From Myxococcota bacterium (GTDB lineage: Bacteria > Myxococcota_A > UBA796 > CAJQPC01): a stretch of 31,473 nt of DNA. Shown here piece after piece: positions 1 through 8,700 of this stretch (the first letter of the stretch is position 1; the number at the start of each line of letters is the position of its first letter). The translations under genes and the position numbers were made by a program. The notes beneath the pieces were generated by a model. The model was not told the origin of the DNA, made no database searches, and saw only the letters and a program-made list of their open reading frames with translations. The stretch spans positions 1-31,473 of the forward strand of contig DASCPX010000102.1 in NCBI GenBank assembly GCA_036012755.1, read 5' to 3'.

Positions 1-213
1 CGCCGAAGGCACGTAGGGGGACCTGCAAGGGTGACCCGAACCAGGCAACGAAGCGACAGCGAGGCGCAGAGCCGCCGGGGGGGTAAGCGCCGAAGGCACG
101 TAGGGGGACCTGCAAGGGTGACCCGAACCAGGCAACGAAGCGACAGCGAGGCGCAGAGCCGCCGGGGGGGTAAGCGCCGAAGGCGCGTAGGGGGACCTGC
201 AGGGGTCCCCCTA
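1..213. repeat. 87-bp tandem repeat (two identical copies plus a partial third), REP/MITE-like
   Basis: The unit starting CGCCGAAGGC begins at 1, 88 and 175. Copies 1 and 2 are identical; copy 3 diverges into a perfect hairpin. The array may continue left of the window. Confidence 0.9.
188..213 (-). terminator. Perfect 10-bp hairpin just downstream of the gltG-like gene
   Basis: TAGGGGGACC-tgcagg-GGTCCCCCTA, 8 nt past the stop at 222. There is no U-tract, so it is either a terminator or a REP stem. Confidence 0.5.
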
Positions 214-221
214 TGAGGGTC

Positions 222-1607
222 TCAGTTCGAGGGCGTGAGGATGAAGGGGTAGATCACGTCACCCACGATCTCCTCGGGGAAGCGCCAGGTCCGGACCTTT
301 CCGGCGATGCACTTGCCGAGGGAGTCGCTCCCGGTCGTGTTGGCGAAGATCGAGGAGTTCACGACACGCCCGTCGTTGATCGTGAAGCTGACCTCGACGC
401 GTCCGTTGAGCGAGGGGTTGGCCTTGAGCTGGGACTCGTAGCAGTACTTGACCTGGCCCGAGTACTTGCGGACGACCTTGGACACCGAGGTGGCGTCGCC
501 TTCCTCGAGGTAGTCGTCGACGGCGCCGACCGAGAGGCTACCGCTGACCTTCGTCGCCGGGGCGGAGCCCACGCCGACGGAGCCAGTCTCGGCGCCCTTG
601 AGGTCGCCGATGTCCGCGTCAGTCCTGCTGCCGCCCTTGCCCTCCTTGGCTTCGAGCTTCGCGCTGGTGGCGATCTCGGCCCCGGTGACGTTGGCCAGCG
701 CCGAGTCCAGATCCTGTCCCGCGAAGTCGGAGTCGCCGAACAGATCCTGCACCCGGTCGTCAGTGCCTGACTCGCCGCGCGTGCCGATGATGGCCGACAA
801 CAGCGGGTTGGCCTCGACCTCTGCCTCCAGCTGGCGCAGGCGCTCGGCCTCTGCTGCCGCCAGCTCCTCTGCGGTTGGCTCCTCCACCACCTCGGCCTTC
901 TCGCCCTTGTCCGGGTCGTCCTCCTCGGGGACTTCGTCCTTCTCCGCTTCGTCCGCCTCGAGACCGTCAGCGTCGGGGTCCACCTCCGGCTCGGGGATCT
1001 CCTTTGGCTCCTCTGGTTCCAGGATGATCTGCGTGAAGCGATCGGGGATCTCGTCCAGCGCGACGCGCTCGACGGGCTCGGTCGTGTACACGTAGATCAT
1101 GAAGACGGTCGCCAGGGCGCTGAAGAGCCCGAGGAAGCCGTAGAAGACCGGGTCGTCCTCGTCGATGAAGCGAGGACGGAAGTCCATCTGGGCGCCGGCG
1201 CGCATCGGCTCCGGCGGCGGCGGCACGAACTGGAACAGGATCGTGACGTTGGCGATCGACACCTTGCCGCGGTTGTTCTCGTTCAGGGGCAGGACGTAGT
1301 CGCTGCCCTTGCGGACCGCGTCGCCCTGCACGCGAAGCTGCTCGAGCGGAACGATGGCGTTCTTGTAGCTGACCTTGCCGTGCATCTCCTCCGTGAAGTG
1401 GAGGATGTAGCCGCCGCCCTTGCGGGACTGGAACAGCTGGAAACGGCGAGGGAGCGTCGTGGGCGGGAACACGAAGGTGTTCTTCGTCGACTCGCCCACG
1501 GTGACGGCTTCGTTCGCCTTTATCAGCCGTTCCTGGACGATCTTGCCGTCCTGGACGACGCCGATGCGAAGGACTTTGTGCTGCTGCTGACGCTTCGACT
1601 GGGCCAT
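222..1607 (-). CDS. gltG: GltG/PglI-like energy transducer (cytoplasmic N-domain, one TM helix, acidic Pro-rich linker, AgmX/PglI-type TonB-C domain), ~461 aa
   Basis: TM FYGFLGLFSALATVFMIYV; C-terminus VKYCYESQLKANPSLNGRVEVSFTI...CIAGKVRTWRFP...YPFIL. Start moved to ATG 1607 (MAQSK); the upstream in-frame extension has poor codon usage. Confidence 0.82.
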   Translation of the reverse strand: MAQSKRQQQHKVLRIGVVQDGKIVQERLIKANEAVTVGESTKNTFVFPPTTLPRRFQLFQSRKGGGYILHFTEEMHGKVSYKNAIVPLEQLRVQGDAVRKGSDYVLPLNENNRGKVSIANVTILFQFVPPPPEPMRAGAQMDFRPRFIDEDDPVFYGFLGLFSALATVFMIYVYTTEPVERVALDEIPDRFTQIILEPEEPKEIPEPEVDPDADGLEADEAEKDEVPEEDDPDKGEKAEVVEEPTAEELAAAEAERLRQLEAEVEANPLLSAIIGTRGESGTDDRVQDLFGDSDFAGQDLDSALANVTGAEIATSAKLEAKEGKGGSRTDADIGDLKGAETGSVGVGSAPATKVSGSLSVGAVDDYLEEGDATSVSKVVRKYSGQVKYCYESQLKANPSLNGRVEVSFTINDGRVVNSSIFANTTGSDSLGKCIAGKVRTWRFPEEIVGDVIYPFILTPSN

Positions 1608-1729
1608 TACGACTCGTTCCCCGGGATGGCATCGACGGACTGGAAGTAGACCTGCACGGCCACGCTCCTCCCTGCTGTTGACCACCTTCTCCGGACGTGG
1701 TTCACGGAAATCAGCTCGGTGGACGACAT
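1607..1729 (-). CDS. Putative small upstream ORF (40 aa from ATG 1729, or 16 aa from GTG 1657) whose TAA overlaps the gltG ATG
   Basis: TAATG stop/start overlap at 1609-1605. GGGAGGAG precedes GTG 1657, and the last 16 codons are almost all G/C-ending. Confidence 0.35.
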   Translation of the reverse strand: MSSTELISVNHVRRRWSTAGRSVAVQVYFQSVDAIPGNES

Positions 1730-1736
1730 CACTTCA

Positions 1737-1745
1737 AGTGTAGCA
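1737..1745 (-). promoter_or_regulatory. Putative extended -10 (TGcTACACT), internal promoter for uORF-gltG
   Basis: Matches TGnTAnnnT in the aglS-gltG gap, 7 nt before ATG 1729. Confidence 0.4.
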
Positions 1746-1840
1746 GGTTCAGGAGGCTCTGGGCGGAGGCGAGGCGCCTCTTACCCAGCCACCTCTACGG
1801 CCTCCGAACGACGGTGCTTGAGGGAAGCCCAGAGGCGACA

Positions 1841-1871
1841 GCGGGCGCCCGGGATTGTCCCGAGCGCCCGC
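1841..1871 (-). terminator. 14-bp GC-rich hairpin after the aglS-like gene
   Basis: Minus strand GCGGGCGCUCGGGA-caa-UCCCGGGCGCCCGC. It is fully paired (one G-U) only on the transcribed strand, lies 22 nt after the stop, and has no U-tract. Confidence 0.55.
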
Positions 1872-1893
1872 ATCGCCAGAAGACGGCGGAGAC

Positions 1894-2421
1894 CTACTCC
1901 GTCTTGTAGACGACGAACTTGAACTCACCGAACTGCGCCTGGCCAGCCGTGTACATGACCTCTCGAATGACCGAGAAAGGCAAGGTCTTGTCGCACTGCA
2001 GGAGGATGCGTCCCTTGAACTCGTGCTCCATGCTTCCGGAGGCTTCGCCGAGAGCCTTGGACTGCTCGGCCTTCTCCAGGAGGCGGTCGTACAGCCGCGT
2101 GATCATCTGGCCTTTCTTCTCGTCCTCCGGCACGGCGAGGAAGTCCTCGCCGGTCTCTTCGTCGGGCACCATCGTCAGGTTCAGGACCGGAACGCCGTCG
2201 ACGACGATCTGGCTCTTGCTGACGACCAGGTTGACGGAGAGTTCGGGTGCCTTCGCGGCGCTGGAGCTGGGGAGCTGCAGGTCGGCGGAGGCAGCCACGG
2301 AGACGTCGTTGGTGCTGTAGGACTTGAGCAGGAAGACCAGGATGATGGTCATCATGTCCATCATCGAGGTGATGGCCAGCTCGTCCCTCACCGGGCGTCG
2401 TTTCTTCTTCTTGAGGGCCAT
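1894..2421 (-). CDS. aglS: ExbD/TolR-family motor subunit, AglS-like (175 aa)
   Basis: TM ELAITSMMDMMTIILVFLLKSYS with conserved Asp22; C-terminus LQCDKTLPFSVIREVMYTAGQAQF; SD AGGAG. Confidence 0.85.
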   Translation of the reverse strand: MALKKKKRRPVRDELAITSMMDMMTIILVFLLKSYSTNDVSVAASADLQLPSSSAAKAPELSVNLVVSKSQIVVDGVPVLNLTMVPDEETGEDFLAVPEDEKKGQMITRLYDRLLEKAEQSKALGEASGSMEHEFKGRILLQCDKTLPFSVIREVMYTAGQAQFGEFKFVVYKTE

Positions 2422-2430
2422 GCGTCTCTC

Positions 2431-2997
2431 CTACTGGGCGCCGCCGGCAATGACGACGAAGGGGAAGAGCTCACGGGCCTGGCCGTTGTCTCCCTTGGTG
2501 TCCGGGTCCTCGCGAGAGGCGTCCATCGTGGTCACGATGACCTCGTAGGGAATGCGCGACTCGGGAACCAGGCTGACATTCTCGTCGTCGGGGTATTCGT
2601 CCTTGATCAGACCCACCAGCCGCGTGAGCTCGGCGTAGTCATAGGACTCGGGGCCGGAGCAGGGACGCTCCGAGCATGGAATGGTGGGCTCGGCTACCTC
2701 TCCCTCGATAGGAGCGGCGGCCTCCTCGCCCTCAGCGTCCGGGTCACCGGTCACGACGCCGTTGTCACCCAGGAGGGTGAAGCCCTGGTCCGTGATCGCG
2801 ACGCTCAACAACAGCGGCGGCTCGTCGTCCTCTTCCTGCAGCTCCTGGGGCGGCCCGATGGCGGGCAGCGTGGAGTCGATGACAGCGAGGTGGACGAACT
2901 GCGCAGACATCAGAAGGAACGGGATGAGGATCGTGACCAGGTTCATGATGGGAACCAAGTCGAGCGGAACTCCCTCGGTTCCTCGCCTGTGTGCCAT
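2431..2997 (-). CDS. aglQ: ExbD/TolR-family motor subunit, AglQ-like (188 aa), Asn at the conserved Asp site
   Basis: TM LDLVPIMNLVTILIPFLL; periplasmic LIKDEYPDDENVSLVPESRIPYEVIVTTMDASRE...LFPFVV. Confidence 0.82.
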   Translation of the reverse strand: MAHRRGTEGVPLDLVPIMNLVTILIPFLLMSAQFVHLAVIDSTLPAIGPPQELQEEDDEPPLLLSVAITDQGFTLLGDNGVVTGDPDAEGEEAAAPIEGEVAEPTIPCSERPCSGPESYDYAELTRLVGLIKDEYPDDENVSLVPESRIPYEVIVTTMDASREDPDTKGDNGQARELFPFVVIAGGAQ

Positions 2998-3059
2998 GGA
3001 TCAGCTCGTTGTAGCGGGTGGAACAGAAGGGACTGGCGAGCCAGTCCCCACTTGTGCGC

Positions 3060-3716
3060 CTAGGCGCTCGCGCCTTCCTTCTCGAGCGTGCCGCGACGGC
3101 GAGCACCGAGGAGGTTGACGGTCTTGAGCGCGTACTGGTCGACGTCGTCCATGATCTTCGTGGTCTTGTCCACGATGATGGAGCTGAAGATCAGCGTCGG
3201 GATCGCGACGATCAGACCGCTCATCGTGGTGAACATGGCGGTGGAGATACCAGCCGCGAGCAGCGTCTGCTTGGTCTCGGCGGAAGCGTGGGCGACCGCC
3301 TCGAAGGCCATGATCAGGCCCTGGATCGTTCCCAGCAGACCGGTCAGCGTCGCGACGTTGGCCAGCATCTGAAGGTACGGGGTCCGCTTGGAGAGCTGCG
3401 GGAACACCTCGAGGATGGCCTCCTCGACGGCGTTCGAGATCTCCGTGTCGCTGCGGTTGGCGCGGGTGAGTCCAGCCTTCAGCACACGCGGGAGGGCCGC
3501 GTTGGGCTCCGCGTTGCAGAGCTTGATCGCGCGGTCGATGTTGTTCGCCATGATCAACTTCTGGATCTGAGCGAAGAAGGCCGTGCCGTTGATGTTCGCG
3601 CGGAACAGGATGTAGTAGAAGCGCTCCGCCGAGATCGCGAGGCTGAAGACGGCGCATCCGAGAAGGGGCCACATGAAGGGTCCGCCCTTCTGCATGGCGT
3701 CGACGAGCATGCCCAT
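3060..3716 (-). CDS. aglR: MotA/TolQ/ExbB proton-channel subunit, AglR-like (218 aa)
   Basis: GGPFMWPLL; LANVATLTGLLGTIQGLI; GISTAMFTTMSGLIVAIP; directly upstream of two ExbD genes. Confidence 0.9.
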   Translation of the reverse strand: MGMLVDAMQKGGPFMWPLLGCAVFSLAISAERFYYILFRANINGTAFFAQIQKLIMANNIDRAIKLCNAEPNAALPRVLKAGLTRANRSDTEISNAVEEAILEVFPQLSKRTPYLQMLANVATLTGLLGTIQGLIMAFEAVAHASAETKQTLLAAGISTAMFTTMSGLIVAIPTLIFSSIIVDKTTKIMDDVDQYALKTVNLLGARRRGTLEKEGASA

Positions 3717-3805
3717 GAAGCTGGTCCTTTTTTTTGTCGCCCTCTCGGGCTGGGGTTCTTTGAGTCCGGGTCTACCCTGTCCGGGAGGGATTTCGGGACC
3801 CGGGG

Positions 3806-3834
3806 AATCTACAACAGCGTTCCCGAACTTTCAC
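3806..3834 (-). promoter_or_regulatory. Putative sigma70-type promoter for aglRQS (GTGAAA-17-TAGATT)
   Basis: Lies in the 342-bp gltF-aglR gap. The -35 overlaps the inverted repeat TTCAC-N9-GTGAA (3830-3848). Confidence 0.35.
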
Positions 3835-4058
3835 GGCACAGATGTGAAGTGACTGTCAGCCGGTTTCGGCCTGCCTCTTCCTCGTGCACGAGACCTATGA
3901 CACGGTCACAGGTGGGCGGTTTGTCAGGGCTTTGCAAGGCACTCGTTCGCAGGTGCCGGACAAATGGTCCGAGCAGCGGCTTTTCTCGCGACTTCAGCCC
4001 GCAGGGCCACGAGATCGGCGCGCTGAGCAGGCGCTGCCACGACAACGCCACGCGGACG

Positions 4059-4292
4059 TCAGAACGGCTGCTTGTCTGCGCTCTCGACGATCTTGGGCAC
4101 GAAGGACTCTTCCAGCTTGAGATCGTAATCCGTGTTCAAGTTCTGGCGGGTGATGAAGATCTGGACCGAGGGAAGCTGGATCTCTCCCACGATCTTCTCT
4201 TCCTCGAAGATCACGTAGCGGCCCTGCGCGACCGCGACAGAAGAGGCCGCGGCGAGCGACACGAGCAGGCTCGAGAGGATCAAACGGCGCAT
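4059..4292 (-). CDS. gltF: GltF/CglF-like small exported protein (77 aa)
   Basis: Sec signal (AVA|Q); IFEEEKIVGEIQLP...ESFVPKIVESADKQPF, typical of the family; immediately after gltE. Confidence 0.78.
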   Translation of the reverse strand: MRRLILSSLLVSLAAASSVAVAQGRYVIFEEEKIVGEIQLPSVQIFITRQNLNTDYDLKLEESFVPKIVESADKQPF

Positions 4293-4294
4293 CT

Positions 4295-5722
4295 TCAGCC
4301 TCCCCAGGGGTCGTCGGAGGGTTGTTCTTCGGCAGGGGCTTCTTCGGGCACCTCGGGGGCAGGTGCTTCGGGCTCCGGGGTCTCCTCCGGCGGAGGAGGA
4401 TCGGGCTGGGCGGCTTCCTCTGCCGCCTTCTTCTCTTCCAAGGCCTTCAAGGCGGCCTCGTTGGCGTCCTTCTCCTTCTGCTTCTCCTCGAGCCGGCGCT
4501 TGCGGTCTTCCAGCTTCCTGACCTTCTCCTGCTCCTTGCGGGTCTTCTCGATGTACCCGTCCATGAGCTCGGCCTGGGTCCCGCCCATGCTCCGGTAGGT
4601 CTCGTACTCGGTGACCGCCGAGTCGTAGTTCTTGATGTAGTCCCCGTAGAGGATGCCGAGGTTCAGGTGGGGATCCGGGTTCCCGGGCTCGAGACGGGTC
4701 ACGGCCTGGTAGGACTCGATCGCCTCCTCGTAGCGCTCGACCCCGCGGTAGGCGATGCCCAGGTTGAGGTGGATCGCCGGGTTCTCCGGCTCCAGCTCGC
4801 GGGCCCGCTCGAGCAGCTCGACCGTGTCCTCGTAGTTGCGGTTGTCGAGCAGGTAGTCAGACAGCCACAGGCGCGTGGCGACCAGGTCCGAATCGAGCTC
4901 CAGCGCCTTCTCGAAGCTGGCCTTCGCGTCGCCCGTCTTGTCCTGGAGCTGGTAGATCCGGCCCTGGATCTGGTGGAGCGCCGCGTGCTCGCTGCCGCCC
5001 TGCAAGACGCCCTTCTGGACGATGAAGTTGGCGAGGTCGAGGCGGCCCAGCTCGATGTAGACGAGGCCGAGGTTGGCGTAGACATCCAGCGCGTTGGTGT
5101 TGACCTTCAGCGCCGCCTTGGCCTCCCTCTCTGCATCGGTCAGCCGACCTTGGGCTCGCAGCGAGGAGATGAGCCCGCTCCAGAGATCCATGTTCTCGGG
5201 GTCGTTGCGCAGTCCCATGCGGTACTGGGCCTCTGCCGAGCCGTACCTGGTGGCCTTCATGTCGAGGCCGCCGAGGTTCACGTAGGCGGCGCCGAGGGTC
5301 GGGTCTGCCTGGATGGCCGCGAGGTATGCCTTGCGGGCCTCCAGCGAGGAGCCCTGGAGCTCGTAGGCCAGGCCCAGGTTGTACTGGGCGTAGGCATTGG
5401 CTGGGTCCTCGCGCACGACCTGCCGGAGCGTGGCCGCGGCGCCCGGGGCCATCGACGGGTTGGTCAACGAGGCCACCGCCTGGTTGACGCTGTCCCTCCG
5501 CTGCTGTTCGGGCGACAGCGAGGCGACGGCGGGCGTGGTCTCGACAGGGTCTCCCCACGCCTCTGAGCCCATCTCCTCGGCGGTGACATCACCGGCTTCG
5601 GCGTTGGGCACGGCCTCGACGGTGGTCGGGGACTCCTCGACGACGGGCTCGGGGGGCTTCTTCTTGCACGCGACCAGCGCGGCCAGGGAGAGAGCGACGG
5701 TGAGGTGGAGCGGACGCATCAT
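4295..5722 (-). CDS. gltE: GltE/AglT-like TPR lipoprotein (475 aa)
   Basis: Lipobox LVAC, tandem TPRs (HLNLGIAYRG, HLNLGILY), coiled coil and P/E-rich tail; ATGA overlap with gltD. Confidence 0.78.
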   Translation of the reverse strand: MMRPLHLTVALSLAALVACKKKPPEPVVEESPTTVEAVPNAEAGDVTAEEMGSEAWGDPVETTPAVASLSPEQQRRDSVNQAVASLTNPSMAPGAAATLRQVVREDPANAYAQYNLGLAYELQGSSLEARKAYLAAIQADPTLGAAYVNLGGLDMKATRYGSAEAQYRMGLRNDPENMDLWSGLISSLRAQGRLTDAEREAKAALKVNTNALDVYANLGLVYIELGRLDLANFIVQKGVLQGGSEHAALHQIQGRIYQLQDKTGDAKASFEKALELDSDLVATRLWLSDYLLDNRNYEDTVELLERARELEPENPAIHLNLGIAYRGVERYEEAIESYQAVTRLEPGNPDPHLNLGILYGDYIKNYDSAVTEYETYRSMGGTQAELMDGYIEKTRKEQEKVRKLEDRKRRLEEKQKEKDANEAALKALEEKKAAEEAAQPDPPPPEETPEPEAPAPEVPEEAPAEEQPSDDPWGG

Positions 5723-8700
5723 TCGCTGTCCTCGAGCTCGGGCTGACTCATCGGACCAGACGAGGGCACGACGGCGGCGGCGTTGTCCCCGCGGACCTCT
5801 GCCTTCTCGAGCGGGTAGGCGGACGGGTTGATGTCGTTGAGCATCTCGATCGTGCGGTCGATCCAGACCGAGCTGCGCTTCTCGTTCATGGACTTCTCGA
5901 GGTTGGCCTCGAAGCGGGCGATGGCTTTGTCCTCGATCGGGGCAGCCGCCTCGGCCATCTTGGTGTACCAGATGTCCTCTGCCTCGATGTTGCCCTGGAG
6001 GCTCTTCGGAACCGGCGCCTTGTAGAGCAGATCGGCGTAGACCTTGTAGGTGCTGCCCCAGATGTAGATGGCGGCGGAGCTGTACTCGAAGTCCTGGTAG
6101 GTCTCGATGATCGCGAGGCAGTTGGCCTCGATCGACTGGTACTCCGCGACCTTCCCCTCAAGGAGGAAGGGCACCATGTCCTCTTCCTTCTTCGGGTAGT
6201 CGTCGTCGACGAAGTCCTCGTACTGGACCACCAAGCGGCGGAAGGCGGCCTCTGCGGCCCGGTTGCGGGCGAGCGGACCGACGGTGCCGGAGCTTGCCAG
6301 GCGGGCGTAGTTGTCCTCGAGCTCCTCCCAGGCCTTCTCGAGGTTGCGCTTGTCGCCCTTTCTCTCGTAGTACTTGACGTTCCAGTAGAGCGCGTCGATG
6401 ACGTGATCCGCGTTGTTGCTCGGGAACTCGCGGAGGTAGTAGCGGTAGAAGCGCAGGGTCTCGGCCTCGCCGACCTGCTTCCACTGCTCGCCCTCGAGCC
6501 AGGCGATCTGCTCCCGCTGGGGATCATCCGGGAACTGGGTGATGTGCTCGTGGAAGCCCTCCGCGGCGCCTGTGTAGTCACCGGTTCCGGTGCGCATGAA
6601 CGACGCCATGTAGAGCGCGTTCGGGGCGTCGACGTAGAAGTCCTTTCCGAGCTTGCGAGGCCCGAAGTAGGTGTAGAGCCGGTCGTAGTACGTGATGGCG
6701 CGATCGAGCTCGAGGATGCTCGCGTAGTTCGTCGCGATGCGGAAGTAGAGGGCCTTGCTCCGATCGTCGCGGGGGAAGGTGTTGATGTACTCCTCGAAGA
6801 GCTCGTTGGCCTTGTCGGCCTTGCCCGTCTTCTCGTAGTTGTTCGCGGCGTTGTAGAGCCCGAAGCTGAAGTTGGCGTCGTCCGGGTTGCTGCGGATCCA
6901 GGTCTCGAAGCACGCCGCGGCCTCAGCGAACTCGCCCGCGTCCTTCTGGATGCCGCAGAGCTTGAACTCCGCGCCGCTGCGCAGGTCGTCCCACTCGTCC
7001 GGGGTGGCGTCCTCGGCCGGTCCGAGCTTGGGCACGTGGTTCATGAAGTAGGTCGTCCACTTCACGAGCTCTTCGAGGTCGTTGTCGTTTGTGTAGGCGT
7101 TGAGGATCAGCGAGGCGGCGTACTCGGCCTCGAGGGTCTGGGGATAGGTCTCGATCAGCTCCATGAGCCGGGGCCGGGCCGCCTCGAAGTCGCCGTGGTG
7201 GTAGAGGATCTGGCCTGGGATGTAGATCATCACCATGCGGTTCTCTTCCAGAGACTTCTGGTAGTCCTCGTCGTCGAAGCTCGCGCCCTTCATCTCGTCG
7301 GCCCGGGCGATGAGCTCGATGTGGTCGTCGGTCAGCATGTAGACCTTGCGCTCGCCGGCGGCGGTCTCGACCGAACGCTCCACCTCCGCGCCGTCCGGCA
7401 GCTTGTCCAGGGTGCCGTAGCGCTCCTCGAGCAGGGCGTTGTAGCTGCGGAAGAGCTGGAAGCGCGCCGGCTCCTGCCACTCGTGGCCGCTGACCTTGGC
7501 CAGCTGCTTGTACTCGACGATGGCCTCTTCGTAGCGACCGGCGAAGTAGAGACAGTCCGCGAGGTACCACTCGATGGTGAAGTAGTCGTCCGCGAAGGGG
7601 AACTTCTGGAGGTACTCGCGGTAGGCGTCCGCGGCCTTGCTGTAGTCCTCTGCAGACTCGGTGTTCTGGGCGCGGATGTGGGTCTCGATCGCGACGGCGG
7701 AGAGCGACTGCTCGATGTACCGGCGGGCGCGGTTCTGGGCGTCCGGGTTGTTTCGGTTCGCCTCCCACCAGGGGGTGTCTTCCTTGTAGCGATCGGCGAG
7801 CACCGCCAGCGCCTGCGAGCTGCCCTCGTCGTCACGCACGGGGAGATTCAGGTGCAGCCGCGCGACCTCCATCTGGTAGTCCGGGTTCTCCGGATCGTGG
7901 GGCCAGCGCGTCTGGATGTACTCGTAGGTGGCGATGGCGTCTTCGAAGCGCGCTTGCTGGACGAGCACGTCAGCCAGCGACTTGATGATCTCGTCCTCGT
8001 AGTCGCGGCCGCCGACGGACTCGAACCAGGCATCGGCGACCTGGACGGGGGAGGCGTTCCGCTCGCCGAGGCCGAGCTCGACGAAGAGCTCCGCGACGGC
8101 CTCCATGTCCTCGTCGGCGTACTCCCGCCAGTCGAGGTCGTCGAAGGACATCGACTTGTCGGCGAGGTCCGAGAAGCTGATGGCGGTGTACTTGACGGCC
8201 TCCGGCTTCAGGGCGGACTCGCGCCCGGACTCCTGGAAGCTGACCTCGGAGTGGTCGAGGAGATCCGTGAACAGGGCCAGCGTGCGGTCGTACTCGGAGA
8301 GCTTGTAGTACGTCCACGAGAGCATGTAGAGCCCCTTGTCGTACAGGTTGTGGTCCCTGCCCGCCGAAGCGATGACCGCCTCGAAGTGGGGGATGGCCTC
8401 TTCGATGTCGTTGTCCGCGAAGTAGGCGTCGCCCAGGATGAAGTTGCCGTCGACGGCGAAGGCGCTCTCGGGGTAGTCCTCGACCAGCGTGATGAAGTAC
8501 GCCTTGGCTTTGTCGTCCGACGCGAAGGGGTCCTCGAAGTGCTGCTGGGACAGCGGCTCGTTGAAGCAGTAGCCCAGCATGTAGTAGGCGCCGTCGATGT
8601 ACTCGTAGTCGCCGTGATCGGCGAGGATCTTCTCGTAGAGCCAGATGGCCTTCTGGTAGTCCCGTGTCGGCTCCGGCGGCAGACTCCACTCCTGGTCGTC

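Noticed and set aside
1..216. CRISPR array, or the 61-aa ORF 31..216
   Set aside because: The units are identical end to end with no unique spacers and no cas genes. The ORF is a by-product of an 87-bp (3n) repeat.
1894..3716. Ordinary Tol-Pal or TonB-ExbBD uptake system
   Set aside because: No tolB/pal or TonB-dependent receptor is nearby. Two ExbD paralogues plus gltD/E/F/G-like neighbours fit the Agl-Glt type.
3728..3735. A8/T8 tract as a phase-variation switch
   Set aside because: It is short and non-coding, next to the SD, so slippage would not shift a frame; more likely a translation enhancer.
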